Source: an uncultured Verrucomicrobiae bacterium
Lineage (GTDB): Bacteria > Verrucomicrobiota > Verrucomicrobiia > Chthoniobacterales > UBA10450
Length of the DNA: 64,000 nucleotides
Reading direction: 5' to 3'
NCBI GenBank assembly: GCA_963735805.1
Contig: CAVTMK010000001.1
Location: 64,001 to 128,000, forward strand
In this document: positions 30,675-41,100 of the stretch, one piece after another
Numbering within the stretch: the first letter of the stretch is position 1
Layout: every line of letters begins with the position of its first letter
Program-made: the position numbers and the translations under genes
Notes under the pieces: model-generated
Databases searched by the model: none
The model's input: only the letters and a program-made list of their open reading frames with translations
What the model was told of the DNA's origin: nothing

Positions 30675-31421
30675 AAAAAAGCCCATCTTGCGATTTTTAC
30701 GGTGTTCGTGGTCTCCACTCTTTCCGCACAGGAATCGCCGACGCCAACTCCATCTTCCATCCCAGTGGAATCTCCTACCCCTTCGATCTTGCCGGAAGAA
30801 TCTGTCACGCCGCCCCCCACCCCGGGCCAAACGTCTTCAGTTTCACCGGCAAGAAGTGTTCGCATCAATTTCGTACCTCCGCCGCTGGACGGCAAGATCA
30901 GTCTTGGCATTTACAACACCAAAGGCGAACTCGTGCGTGTTTTGCACCGGGCAGCGGACCTGAACGAATTTAAAGTCGGCGCGGACGCATTGATGACGCA
31001 ATGGGATGGGAAAAACGACAATGGAGAGGATTTGCCGGCGGGAAAATATCACGCTCGCGGTTATCTCGTGGGTGCGCTCAAAGTGGAAGACCTTGGTCAG
31101 GTCGCAGCGCCCTTTCCCGAAAATACGCCGACTAGCAGCGTTAAAGTAAAACTGATGCCAAACCCACTGGCCAACGACAAGCAAGCGACGGTCGAACTGG
31201 CCGCGGGGTTTGACAGCGATGGAAGCTACCTGGAAACGAGCGACAAACTGCCATTGCTTACCGTAAGTAAGTCACCGAACCTGACTCGTGAATCGATTGC
31301 GAAGAAGGGAGATAAATCGCTCGAAGTTTGGCAGACCGATGGTGTTGGTTTTCACCAATTCCGCATCTCAAACGTAGACCAGATGATGGCTTTCGATTGC
31401 GGTGAATTCGAGTTGAAATGA
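30669..31421 (+). CDS. Secreted protein with FlgD Ig-like domain
   Basis: Signal peptide, P/T/S linker, ISLGIYNTKGELVRVL...WDGKNDNGEDLPAGKY. Confidence 0.75.
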   Translation: MTKKAHLAIFTVFVVSTLSAQESPTPTPSSIPVESPTPSILPEESVTPPPTPGQTSSVSPARSVRINFVPPPLDGKISLGIYNTKGELVRVLHRAADLNEFKVGADALMTQWDGKNDNGEDLPAGKYHARGYLVGALKVEDLGQVAAPFPENTPTSSVKVKLMPNPLANDKQATVELAAGFDSDGSYLETSDKLPLLTVSKSPNLTRESIAKKGDKSLEVWQTDGVGFHQFRISNVDQMMAFDCGEFELK

Positions 31422-31422
31422 G

Positions 31423-31524
31423 CTGTAACGGCAGTCTGTTAATCCCGGCATAGCATTGGTGAAGGCGAACAAGCGCCGTCGATTCCAAACGACGGTGCCC
31501 GCCACGGAGAGAGAACCGCTACAG
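31423..31524. repeat. Intergenic REP-like inverted repeat
   Basis: Termini CTGTAACGG / CCGCTACAG with internal hairpin GCGCCGTCG...CGACGGTGC. Confidence 0.5.
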
Positions 31525-31565
31525 AGTCTGGTCACAACGCAAAATCTCTGCTAGTTAAACCCTAA

Positions 31566-32888
31566 ATGGCCTCGACACCGGAGTTTCAACATACAGTTGG
31601 TAAGACTGCCAGCTTTAGCGGCACCGCGCTGCATACGGGTGACAAAGTCACGCTCAAATTGCATGCCGCGCCGGTGGATCATGGAATCAAATTCAAGCGC
31701 AAAGATCTACAGGATGAGCCAACCATCGATGCGAAGATCGAAAACCTCAAAACCGTCGAGCGCGCCACGACGATCGGCGAAGGCTCGGTGCGAGTTCACA
31801 CAGTCGAACATATCCTGGCCGCGCTGTCGGCAATGGGTGTGGATAACGCCATCGTGGAGATGGACGCAAACGAGCCGCCAATCGGCGACGGAAGCGCGCA
31901 GCCTTACGTTGATCTCGTCAAGAAAGCCGGTGTAATCGCTCAGGAGGAACGGAGAAAATTCTTCGATGTGCGCGAGCCGATGCACGTGGAAGCGAAAACG
32001 GGCGCGCTGCTCGTTTTACTGCCGGATGACAAATTTCGCATCTCATGCACACAAGCTGGACCGAACAATCGCTTCGCACAGTTTCTATCGATGGACATCA
32101 CTCCCACGAGCTTCGAGTCGGAGATCGCGCCGGCACGAACGTTTGTTTACTACGAGGATGTTCAGCGACTCATGGAGAAGAACCTGATCAAGGGCGGTAG
32201 CCTCGAAAACGCGATTGTCGTGCGCGGCGAGGCGGTCTTAAGCAAGGAACCATTGCGTTTCCCGGACGAGTTCGTACGGCACAAGATCCTCGATATTATC
32301 GGTGATCTCGCGCTAGTCGGCCGGCGTATCCGCGGTCACGTCGTGGCAGTGAAGCCCGGACATGCTGCGAATGCGGAATTAGCTCGCTCGCTCGCTCGCG
32401 AGCAGACGCGGAGAAGCGCGATGAGCACACCGCGGGCGATCCCAATAGGCGATTCCGGTCTGGACACTGGCGAAGTGATGAAGATCCTTCCGCACCGCTA
32501 CCCTTTTTTGATGGTTGACCGGGTCATCGGTTTCGAGGGCGAAAATAAAATTACGGCAATAAAATCCATCACGATTAATGAACCGTTTTTCCAAGGGCAT
32601 TTTCCCGGTCACCCAGTCATGCCTGGAGTAATGCAAGTAGAAGCGATGGCGCAAGTGGCCAGTATTCTGTTGTTCAAACTGACGAACACTTCGAGTCGTG
32701 TCGGCTATTTCATGAGTGCGGACCAGGTGAAATTCCGCAAACCGGTTTTTCCGGGCGACACGATCTTCATTCACGCCGAGCTGACGAGAGCGCGTGGCAA
32801 TCGCATGGCGAAAACGAAGTGCTACTGCGTAGTGAACGACGCAATCGTTTCAGAAGCTGAACTGATGTTCACGTTCCTCGACAAATGA
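31566..32888 (+). CDS. lpxC: Bifunctional LpxC / FabZ fusion
   Basis: TVEHILAAL, RHKILDIIGDL (LpxC); LPHRYPFLMVD, FFQGHFP...PGV..VEAMAQ (FabZ). Confidence 0.95.
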   Translation: MASTPEFQHTVGKTASFSGTALHTGDKVTLKLHAAPVDHGIKFKRKDLQDEPTIDAKIENLKTVERATTIGEGSVRVHTVEHILAALSAMGVDNAIVEMDANEPPIGDGSAQPYVDLVKKAGVIAQEERRKFFDVREPMHVEAKTGALLVLLPDDKFRISCTQAGPNNRFAQFLSMDITPTSFESEIAPARTFVYYEDVQRLMEKNLIKGGSLENAIVVRGEAVLSKEPLRFPDEFVRHKILDIIGDLALVGRRIRGHVVAVKPGHAANAELARSLAREQTRRSAMSTPRAIPIGDSGLDTGEVMKILPHRYPFLMVDRVIGFEGENKITAIKSITINEPFFQGHFPGHPVMPGVMQVEAMAQVASILLFKLTNTSSRVGYFMSADQVKFRKPVFPGDTIFIHAELTRARGNRMAKTKCYCVVNDAIVSEAELMFTFLDK

Positions 32889-33664
32889 GCGACGGGCGGA
32901 TTCATCCGACCGCGATTATCGATCCAGGCGCCGAAATCGGTGCGGGAACGATCATAGGGCCCTACTGCGTTATTGAGCGCGACGTTGTGCTTGGCTCAAA
33001 CTGTTGGCTTCAACATCACGTCACGCTCTGCGGACCAATGAAAGCCGGAGCAAAGAACAGGTTCTACGCGTACTGCTCCATCGGCCAGCAAACGCAGGAT
33101 CTGAAATATCGCGGCGAACCGACTTATTTGGAAATCGGTGACGAGAATACTTTTCGCGAATTTGTCACCGCTAATCGCAGCACGACAAGCGAAGGCAAGA
33201 CGCGGATTGGAGATCGCGGAAATTTTCTCGCTTACAGTCACATCGGACACGACTGCACCGTGGGCGATGCTGTCATCTTCTCTAACAACGGTACCTTGGG
33301 AGGCCACGTGCAGGTTGGAGATCATGCCATCATGGGGGGACTCACGGCCGTGCACCAATTCTGCCGGATCGGACGGTTGGCGATCACGGGCGGCTGCTCG
33401 AAAATCGTCCAGGACGTTCCTCCGTTTATGATCGCCGACGGCAACCCAGCGGAAATTCGCGGGGTTAATCTAATCGGCTTGGAACGCAGAAATTTTTCGC
33501 CTGAAGGCGTAAAGCTAATCAAAGAAGCTTTCCGCTTGATTTACCGCTCGAAATACAACACCCGGCAGGCAATTGAAGCGATGCAGAAAGAATTGCCTCA
33601 AACCGAGGAGATCAGCGAAATCATCCAGTTTATTGAACAAAGCGAACGCGGAATTATTCGATAA
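32885..33664 (+). CDS. lpxA: UDP-N-acetylglucosamine O-acyltransferase
   Basis: IHPTAIID hexapeptide repeats, QDLKY, HIGHDC, VHQFCRIG. Confidence 0.95.
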   Translation: MSDGRIHPTAIIDPGAEIGAGTIIGPYCVIERDVVLGSNCWLQHHVTLCGPMKAGAKNRFYAYCSIGQQTQDLKYRGEPTYLEIGDENTFREFVTANRSTTSEGKTRIGDRGNFLAYSHIGHDCTVGDAVIFSNNGTLGGHVQVGDHAIMGGLTAVHQFCRIGRLAITGGCSKIVQDVPPFMIADGNPAEIRGVNLIGLERRNFSPEGVKLIKEAFRLIYRSKYNTRQAIEAMQKELPQTEEISEIIQFIEQSERGIIR

Positions 33665-33690
33665 CATATCTCTGTTGACTGGCAGCACCC

Positions 33691-34320
33691 ATGTCCCATT
33701 TAGACGAAACGCAAAACTGGCGACAACGTCTTGGTTGGTTGGGAGGCGAACTCTTAGTTGTATTTGTTGCTGTAAGCGCGGCCTTCGTGGTTGAGAACCA
33801 CCGCGATAACAGGAAGCAGATTGGCGAGATGCAACAGGCCATCGCCGGGATTATTACAGAATTGGCGAGCACGGAAACTAAGGCCCGCAGCTATTCAGAC
33901 GCAATTTTGGCGGACATTGCCCGCTGGGAAGCTGCTGATCGTACCGGTAGACGGGCTGTTCCGGGTTATTATAGAATTCCTGGTGCGCCAAACCCGCCAT
34001 CAACAGAATGGACTAGTGCGGTTGTATCTGGCATAGCTCGTATGCTCGAACCCAGCCTGCGCTGGGACCTCGGCTATTTTTATAGCGAATTCGTCGGCAT
34101 TCATGACAACTACGTCCGATACAACGAATTCACCGAACGTGAGCTATTGCCGACTGCGCTCTTAGGGCCGGATGCGTTCTACGGACAGGACGGACGTCTG
34201 CTCCCTTCTTTCCGCGTTCACATGGAATTGCAAAAAGAGTTTGCGGGAGATCTGTTGAGGTTAAGCAGCATGGCGCGCGATCTTCGGAGTCGACTCGAAG
34301 CCGTTCAATTCTCCAAGTAG
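33691..34320 (+). CDS. Hypothetical protein with N-terminal TM anchor
   Basis: 209-aa ORF; GELLVVFVAVSAAFVV followed by a helical domain. Confidence 0.7.
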   Translation: MSHLDETQNWRQRLGWLGGELLVVFVAVSAAFVVENHRDNRKQIGEMQQAIAGIITELASTETKARSYSDAILADIARWEAADRTGRRAVPGYYRIPGAPNPPSTEWTSAVVSGIARMLEPSLRWDLGYFYSEFVGIHDNYVRYNEFTERELLPTALLGPDAFYGQDGRLLPSFRVHMELQKEFAGDLLRLSSMARDLRSRLEAVQFSK

Positions 34321-34371
34321 AATTGTAAGTCACCCCAAAACAGCCCTGCACCAGGAACTCTCAACTTCCCA

Positions 34372-36039
34372 ATGCCCGCCGTTCTTACTCTGCTGCGAAT
34401 CAAAAATCTGGCGCTTGTGGAAGAGCTCGAGTGGCAGATCGGACCGAAGTTCATCGCTGTCACGGGCGAGACTGGAGCGGGTAAATCGATCATCATCGGA
34501 GCTCTGCAACTTTTGCTCGGCGAACGCGCGGATAAATCGCTCATTCGTACCGGAGCGGATCTTTGCACGGTAGAAGCCGTTTTTAGCGGGAATGACTTGC
34601 AGAAATTAAATCCGCGGTTACTCGAATCCGGAGTCGAACCTTGCGAAAACGATCTCATCCTGAAACGAACTCTCTCTTCCACTGGAACGAATCGGCAGTT
34701 CATCAACGGTTCCCCAACTACGTTGTCAGTCCTAAAAAATCTAGGTGACCAACTTGTCGACCTTCACGGGCCACACGATCACCAATCTCTTCTCTCCCCG
34801 GAGACACAATTGAGCTTGCTTGACTCGTTTTCGCGAGCCGAAGAGGCGCTGGAGGAATATCGGAAGCATTACCGCCAATTGCAGAGATTGCTCGCCGAAC
34901 ATGCCGCACTCAACACGGCAGAGACGGCGCGTGAACAGGAACTGGACCTCCTTCGCCATCAGGTTAGCGAAATCAGCTCTTCGAACCTGGTCACGGACGA
35001 ACAAGAAGAAATTGAGAGCCGCTACAAACTGGCCAGCAACAGCAAGCGACTGATCGAGCTCGCCAGTACGATCAGTAACAAACTTTCCGAGGCGGACGGT
35101 TCTGTTCTATCACAACTCGCGGAAACACAGCGGCTGTTACGTGAATTGGAAAAGGTTGACAGCTCGATCGCACAATTTTCTTCGGCGCACGCCGCAAGCG
35201 TGGTTGAACTGTCGGAGATTGCGCGCGCCCTGTCCGCTTACGCAGAAAAACTCGATCTCGATCCACAGCAACTCGCCGCGCTCGAGCAACGCGTCTCGCT
35301 ATTCGAAACTTTGAAACGAAAATATGGCGGCTCAATTGCCGAGGTGATCGCGTTTGGTGAACGCGCAGCAGAGCGGATGCAGAAAATCGAAGGACGCGAC
35401 GCCGAGTTGGAGCGCCTCGCAAAAGAAATTGAAAATGTTCGAACGCATATGAATCGCGCCGGCGAAGTGCTTTGCAAACTACGCAAAAAAGCTGCCCCAA
35501 AGCTTTCTGAGAACATCCGGCGCAATTTGCGCGATCTCGGATTCAAGCAATCAGAGTTCGAAGCAAAGCTTACAAGGCTCGAAGAACCGCGCTCGAATGG
35601 ATTCGATGCGGTGGAATTGCTCTTCTCACCAAATCCAGGCGAACCGCTTAAACCGCTTCGCAGCATCGCGTCGAGCGGCGAAATCTCGAGGCTCATGTTG
35701 GCAATCAAATCGGTGCTAGCTGCGCACGACGCCATTCCATTGCTCGTATTCGATGAGATCGATACGAACGTAGGCGGCGAAATCGCGCGTGCAGTCGGTG
35801 CAAAAATGCGAACCTTGGGACGCGATCATCAGGTGATCTGCATCACGCACCTCCCACAAGTCGCCGCGACCGCTTCTTCGCATTTCGTTGTGACCAAGGA
35901 TGTAACGCGCGGCCGGACGTTTTCGAATTTGCGTCAGGTGACTGGAAAGGCTCGCCAGGAAGAGATCGCCCGAATGCTCGGGGGCACAAGTGAATCGGCG
36001 CTACAGCTCGCCGCGAGTTTACTTGGTAGGGGCGATTGA
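34372..36039 (+). CDS. recN: DNA repair protein RecN
   Basis: TGETGAGKS, LHGPHDHQ, ASSGEISRLML, FDEID, CITHLPQVA. Confidence 0.96.
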   Translation: MPAVLTLLRIKNLALVEELEWQIGPKFIAVTGETGAGKSIIIGALQLLLGERADKSLIRTGADLCTVEAVFSGNDLQKLNPRLLESGVEPCENDLILKRTLSSTGTNRQFINGSPTTLSVLKNLGDQLVDLHGPHDHQSLLSPETQLSLLDSFSRAEEALEEYRKHYRQLQRLLAEHAALNTAETAREQELDLLRHQVSEISSSNLVTDEQEEIESRYKLASNSKRLIELASTISNKLSEADGSVLSQLAETQRLLRELEKVDSSIAQFSSAHAASVVELSEIARALSAYAEKLDLDPQQLAALEQRVSLFETLKRKYGGSIAEVIAFGERAAERMQKIEGRDAELERLAKEIENVRTHMNRAGEVLCKLRKKAAPKLSENIRRNLRDLGFKQSEFEAKLTRLEEPRSNGFDAVELLFSPNPGEPLKPLRSIASSGEISRLMLAIKSVLAAHDAIPLLVFDEIDTNVGGEIARAVGAKMRTLGRDHQVICITHLPQVAATASSHFVVTKDVTRGRTFSNLRQVTGKARQEEIARMLGGTSESALQLAASLLGRGD

Positions 36040-36128
36040 CTCAATCCGCGAACTAAGTGGCAGCCGTGTCGGCTGCAAACGCATTGATTATCGCGGTCAC
36101 GTGTGCTGCTACCATCGATGGACTGCGA

Positions 36129-36719
36129 TCATTTCATTACGGTGCCAAGCGGGAGAACCGTCTTACCGAAAATTTCATTCAGCACTTGCGCAAGTCCCGC
36201 ATAAATCGCGGAGAAACCGCAAAAGATTCCTTCGTATCCGGTGAAATGTTTGAAACCAGCACCGGCCCCAATGAAATCACCGATAGCTAGAAGAAAAAAC
36301 AGAATCGTGAGGGAGCCGAAGACCACTTGCCCGGCAACATGCAACCGCAATGTGCCGACAAACATGACTGCAGTAAACAAACCCCACATGGCAAGATATG
36401 CAGCCATGGCCGTTTCGTCGGAGGGCGCGGCCCAGCCTAATTTTGCCAGGATGATCAGGACTACGAGCGAGAACCAAAACAAGCCGTAAGAAAGAAACGC
36501 AGTCGTGGCAAATGTATTGCCCTTCTTCCACTCCATAATACCAGCGACGATTTGGGCGGCACCGCCATAGCAAATTCCCATCGCCAGAATCATGCTGTTT
36601 AATTCGTAGAAACCGGCGTTATGCAGGTTCAACAGCACGGTCGTCATACCAAAACCAAGCAGACCAAGCGGAGCTGGATTGCCTGTTGTATCTCTGAGCT
36701 GTGTAACAGATTCATTCAT
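36129..36719 (-). CDS. satP: Acetate uptake transporter, GPR1/FUN34/YaaH family
   Basis: [21 protein letters not shown] signature. Confidence 0.93.
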   Translation of the reverse strand: MNESVTQLRDTTGNPAPLGLLGFGMTTVLLNLHNAGFYELNSMILAMGICYGGAAQIVAGIMEWKKGNTFATTAFLSYGLFWFSLVVLIILAKLGWAAPSDETAMAAYLAMWGLFTAVMFVGTLRLHVAGQVVFGSLTILFFLLAIGDFIGAGAGFKHFTGYEGIFCGFSAIYAGLAQVLNEIFGKTVLPLGTVMK

Positions 36720-36850
36720 CGGGGCAATCAGTCTGTCGAAAGAGGCTTCTAGAACGCAATAACAATATCAACAGGCTCAAAAACCGGCGAACCCCTAACG
36801 ATTTAACTTGTCGGCGCACCAGCACCGAAATTATCGTCCAGTTCTCCAAT

Positions 36851-38032
36851 ATGATTCAGCGTGACTATCTCATCATCGGTGGTGGCATCGGCGGAGCGAG
36901 CGCCTGTGAAGGAGTTCGCCGTCACGACAAGCGTGGGAGCGTTACGCTCGTCGGGGCCGAAGTGTTTTCACCATACAAACGCTGGATCCTTTCCAAAGGC
37001 TTCTTGCGCGAAAAGGATCCACAGCCCAGAAAATTGCAGGAACCCAACGAACAGTGGTACGAAAAGCACAAGATCGAAACGCGATTTGGCACAATGGTGA
37101 CACAGTTCAACATCGACCGGCGTCTCGCCGTGCTTGCTAACGGCGAGAGTATTGAGTTCAACAAAGCGTGTCTGGCAATGGGCAGTCGTCCGCTGCGTCC
37201 ACCGGTAGCCGGAACCAGTCTCGGCAACGTGATCTACCTGCGAACAATTCGCGACGCTTTGGCTCTAAAAGAAATGGCCAGCGTGGAGAAAGGCGTCATG
37301 GTCGTCGGCGGCGGATTACTTGCATGCGAGGCGGCAGCCAGTTTGCGAATGATGAAACTGAAGGTCGGTCTCATGCATCGGGATTCCTATTTGTTGAACC
37401 GGTACTTGGATCCGGAGACCGGCACGTGGCTTACCGAGTATTTTGCTAAACACGGAGTGACTCTGTCGATGGGCGAAAGTCTCAATGGCTTTGAGGGCAA
37501 AACCGTCCTCCGCAATATCCAGACAAAAAGCGGCAATCGATTTCCTGTGGGTCTTGCAGTGGTCGCCTGTGGCGCAGAACCCAATCTCGATCTGGTCCGT
37601 AACACGCCGCTGGCCGGTCCGCACGGGTCGCCGGTCACCGAATATTTGGAGACAGAAGAAAAAGGGATCTTTGCCGTGGGCGACCTCGCTTTTTATCCGG
37701 ATCGGATAATGGGCGGGGTGCGCCGCCAGACACATTGGGAGAACGCGCGAAGCCAGGGTTTGGTCGCAGGCGCGAACATGACAGGCAAAAAACGCATCCG
37801 CTACGAGCAGGTTCCCTATTTTTGGACAGAGATGTTCGACTTACACATGGATTTCGTCGGGGATTTCAGTGTGTTGCCTACACGTATTCAACTTGTTGGC
37901 ACGTACGCGAAGAAGAAATTCACGGCGCGCTATTACCAGGGAGAAAAACTCCGGGCGATTCTGATGTGCCAGCAGCCTCCGCGCGATGTCGAATCTGCCA
38001 GGAGCCAGTTACGCCAGGCGCACGGAAAATAA
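36851..38032 (+). CDS. FAD/NAD(P)-dependent oxidoreductase (ferredoxin reductase-like)
   Basis: IIGGGIGG, VVGGGLLACE, FAVGD, VPYFWTEMFD. Confidence 0.88.
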   Translation: MIQRDYLIIGGGIGGASACEGVRRHDKRGSVTLVGAEVFSPYKRWILSKGFLREKDPQPRKLQEPNEQWYEKHKIETRFGTMVTQFNIDRRLAVLANGESIEFNKACLAMGSRPLRPPVAGTSLGNVIYLRTIRDALALKEMASVEKGVMVVGGGLLACEAAASLRMMKLKVGLMHRDSYLLNRYLDPETGTWLTEYFAKHGVTLSMGESLNGFEGKTVLRNIQTKSGNRFPVGLAVVACGAEPNLDLVRNTPLAGPHGSPVTEYLETEEKGIFAVGDLAFYPDRIMGGVRRQTHWENARSQGLVAGANMTGKKRIRYEQVPYFWTEMFDLHMDFVGDFSVLPTRIQLVGTYAKKKFTARYYQGEKLRAILMCQQPPRDVESARSQLRQAHGK

Positions 38033-38165
38033 GCTGAAGCGGGCCTTTGTGAGAAGCAAACTCGGTGGCCGAGCTCAGCGCTGTCGGCTGCAAGGCCGGC
38101 GTGAAAACGGAGACTTCTGTCTCCTATCCGGCAGCTCATGCGAATGCGACCGCGAGAACCGATTC

Positions 38166-38684
38166 CTACTTTTTCGTCGATGGCTCGATCGGTTCTGTCA
38201 CCGATTGATCGCGTTCCCACCCTTCATTCTGCAACTTGATGCGCTCAATAGCGATCGCACTCGCGTTGGCGTCTAGATCCGGCAGGATTTCGTACTCTGA
38301 AACCCAGCAACGGTGGATTTTGTAGGCGAGAACGGGTTGTCCAGCCTCATTATAAAGTTCAAGGATGATGTCTTTGCGGAACTCTTTCAGCGAAACTTCC
38401 GCTCCGCGTCCGGCACCGAGGCTCCAGATTTTGCAGGCCCAGTTCTCAAACTCCGGATCGTAGGTGACACCGCGCTCCAGCGTGATCGGCGCGAACTCGG
38501 TCAGGCCAGGAGACTTGCGACTGCTCCCCGGTTCCCCTCCTTCGCGATGTTGAATGACTTCGGTCGTCCGCCTCAGTCCGCTGATCTTGCTGATGCCCGC
38601 AACATAACGGCCGTCCCATTTGATGCGAAACTTAAAGTTCTTGTAGGGATCGAAGCGCTTTGGATTAACAGTGAATTCAGCCAT
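38166..38684 (-). CDS. Phage/eCIS contractile tail tube protein (T4 gp19 / Afp1-5 family)
   Basis: DPYKNFKFRIKWDG, SGL, HREGG, PITLERGVT, RKDIILELYNEAGQPV, CWVSEY, LDANASAIAIE motifs. Confidence 0.88.
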   Translation of the reverse strand: MAEFTVNPKRFDPYKNFKFRIKWDGRYVAGISKISGLRRTTEVIQHREGGEPGSSRKSPGLTEFAPITLERGVTYDPEFENWACKIWSLGAGRGAEVSLKEFRKDIILELYNEAGQPVLAYKIHRCWVSEYEILPDLDANASAIAIERIKLQNEGWERDQSVTEPIEPSTKK

Positions 38685-38697
38685 GCGGCGGAGGTGT

Positions 38698-40098
38698 TTA
38701 GCTCGCGTCTCGGGCGTACCAATCGACCTTGCGCGTCACGTACATGACAATGGCCAGCACAATGAATAGCGCGATTGCGCCCATGAGAAGTGCGTAGTCT
38801 TGCTGCCGTAAAGTGATGTAAAGAAATGTGTAAACACCAGCGAGACCTGCGCCAATCATCAGCGTGCGCGCGCCGCCGCCAAGAAAAAAACGGCAATACC
38901 ATGTGATCAATCCCGTCGATGCGACTGCGGCAACCAGGTAAGCCCAGCTAAATCCAATGAATTCCGAAATCGATAACAACAGCAGATAAAACAGGCAAAG
39001 CGCTGCGCCAACCATTAGATACTGGAAAGGATGAATCTTCTGTCGCGCTGTGACTTCAAAGAGAAAGAACGCGGTGAAAACAAGCACGAGAAAGAGCACG
39101 CCGTATTTGATCGAGCGTTCGACATAACGATATGCGTCCAGGATTGACAGGAACTGGGCTCCGAAAAGAGAATTCGACACCGACTGCGTGGTGAATCGCT
39201 CATTGCCGCTGCGGCTGGTCCACGATTGAGGATAATCGCGTCCGTAATACGAGACCTTCCATTTTGCATCGAATCCATCTGAACGCAGTGATCGTTCGGC
39301 CGGAAGAAACGCGCCGCGAAACCCCACATCCGACGAGTTTGATTTCAGCGTTGCTTCATTTTGCACGCCAAATGGCGCGAAGAAAATCCCTCCGCTGCCA
39401 TTGAAATCCAGCGGAATGGAAAATTTAATGTCGGCAGTAATTGGCTGGTCACCGCCGAGCAGTGCCGTCGCACCTGTGGTATATCCCGGAACTTGGGAGC
39501 CAGGTAGCATCGAATGCTTGGTGCCTCCCCAATCGAGCACAATTGCCTCCCGTGTTCCACGCAGATCGTTGATCGCGATGGTAACAAAGGCGTCCTTCCA
39601 TTGGACATCCTTCAGATCAATCTTGAGCGCGCCGAAGTCGGGCGGTGCAAACCTGCCGGACAAAGTCGTCTGAGCACGATAGACCACTGCATCGTAAATA
39701 CCACGATGCAGCTTCTGTGTTTCCCCATCGCCTGTAACATTCAGTGTTTCAGGCAGGAAATACGCGTTCGCCGCTCCAACCTCTTCCACTTCACGCCGCT
39801 CCATTTTTCCGTCAGGCGCCGGAACTTCCTTCACTGCCTTAAACTTATATTGATAAGGAACTCCAAGCACCGGGCCAATCAGATTTTGTTCGCTGCCCCA
39901 CGAGGAAGTGATGTCAGCGACGGCTTCATTGCGTCGCTGCAACCGCTCTCTCAAAACGCCGGTAATCATCGTTAGCGGGATCAAAAGTAATAGAACCAGT
40001 GCGCCGACCCCGAGCAGCTTGATAATAGTGCTGTGGCGCTTTCCAAAGGATGGCTGGGACACCGGCAGCGGAGGTGGTGGGGTCTGGGCCTCAGGCAT
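38698..40098 (-). CDS. creD: Inner-membrane cell envelope integrity protein CreD
   Basis: ERSIKYGVLF, IHPFQYLMVG, LLLSISE, QQDYALLMG, MYVTRKVDWY. Confidence 0.93.
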   Translation of the reverse strand: MPEAQTPPPPLPVSQPSFGKRHSTIIKLLGVGALVLLLLIPLTMITGVLRERLQRRNEAVADITSSWGSEQNLIGPVLGVPYQYKFKAVKEVPAPDGKMERREVEEVGAANAYFLPETLNVTGDGETQKLHRGIYDAVVYRAQTTLSGRFAPPDFGALKIDLKDVQWKDAFVTIAINDLRGTREAIVLDWGGTKHSMLPGSQVPGYTTGATALLGGDQPITADIKFSIPLDFNGSGGIFFAPFGVQNEATLKSNSSDVGFRGAFLPAERSLRSDGFDAKWKVSYYGRDYPQSWTSRSGNERFTTQSVSNSLFGAQFLSILDAYRYVERSIKYGVLFLVLVFTAFFLFEVTARQKIHPFQYLMVGAALCLFYLLLLSISEFIGFSWAYLVAAVASTGLITWYCRFFLGGGARTLMIGAGLAGVYTFLYITLRQQDYALLMGAIALFIVLAIVMYVTRKVDWYARDAS

Positions 40099-40202
40099 GC
40101 GGGCGATGTTGAATCAACAGGCCTTGTTAGGCAATAAACTTAATCGCCCATTGCTGTCTTTAACCGGACAGCAAAGCGAGATCTATCGTAACTCGGAATT
40201 CG

Positions 40203-40949
40203 TTAGGCTTGAGATCGCCATTGCCGGCGAATTCGCGCGGCTTCGCGCATGAAATTCGGATTTCGGATTGTTTTTGTCGGTTTCTGTTCGGTTGAATCGC
40301 TTCGCACAAAAAAGGACAAACAATCGATGAGGCGCCTGCCGCGCCAGTTAACCAGCTCCTGACTCACGCAATGCAGGCCGTGCTGTGCGCACAAGGCGCG
40401 AAACAGACTGGCGCTCATACTCGGGTTTCGATGATGCGCCCAATCGAGAATTTTCGCCTTGATCAACGGTTTTGTTAACCTCTTGGGTAATCGTTCACGC
40501 AGCGAGTTGGCGTATTCGCCGAAGTTGGAGTGATGAATAAAGCCTTTGCCGCCGATTTTTAGTTTAGCCACCAGTTCGCGTAGATACGCTTCCACTACAT
40601 CCCGGTTTGGATGCACAAATGAGTCGAAACTGAAAACGAAATCGACCGAGGCATCGGGAATCATAGACAGCGAACGGCCATCATTAAGGTAGCAACGCAC
40701 GTGCGACTCAGTAGCGAAACGCCGGCGGCATGCTTCGATGCATTCGCTGGACCGGTCAACAATCGACAGTTGCTGACAATAATCCTTGAGGTAGTTCGTC
40801 CATCTCCCGAACCCGGGCGCGATTTCCAAGATCGTGCCTGTCGGCAGACAATGCTCGATACGCGGCAATATGGCGCCGAACCATTGTGCCGCCGAAGTTC
40901 CCCACGGGGCGGACCATTCTTCGCCGGCATTTTTCCAATCGTATTTCAT
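40203..40949 (-). CDS. Class I SAM-dependent methyltransferase
   Basis: ILEIAPGFGRWT, VDFVFSFDSFVH. Confidence 0.85.
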   Translation of the reverse strand: MKYDWKNAGEEWSAPWGTSAAQWFGAILPRIEHCLPTGTILEIAPGFGRWTNYLKDYCQQLSIVDRSSECIEACRRRFATESHVRCYLNDGRSLSMIPDASVDFVFSFDSFVHPNRDVVEAYLRELVAKLKIGGKGFIHHSNFGEYANSLRERLPKRLTKPLIKAKILDWAHHRNPSMSASLFRALCAQHGLHCVSQELVNWRGRRLIDCLSFFVRSDSTEQKPTKTIRNPNFMREAARIRRQWRSQA

Positions 40950-41004
40950 CAAGTGGCCCCTGCTCAGTCAAGAACAGGCATGATCATTGTTGTTTGAATT
41001 AAAC

Positions 41005-41050
41005 CTGGCTGGGGGCCGGAATCGAACCGGCGACACGTGAATTTTCAGTC
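41005..41050 (-). repeat. att-like direct repeat: duplicated 3' half of tRNA-Phe
   Basis: CTGGCTGGGGGCCGGAATCGAACCGGCGACACGTGAATTTTCAGTC matches 42533-42577 with one extra G and one substitution. Confidence 0.9.
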
Positions 41051-41100
41051 ATGTTTCTCACGATAAAAAGCTGTTCGCCTCAGCGTCTAGTATCAACCTA

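Noticed and set aside
41005..41050. Second tRNA-Phe gene
   Set aside because: Only the 3' half is present; there is no D-arm or 5' acceptor strand.
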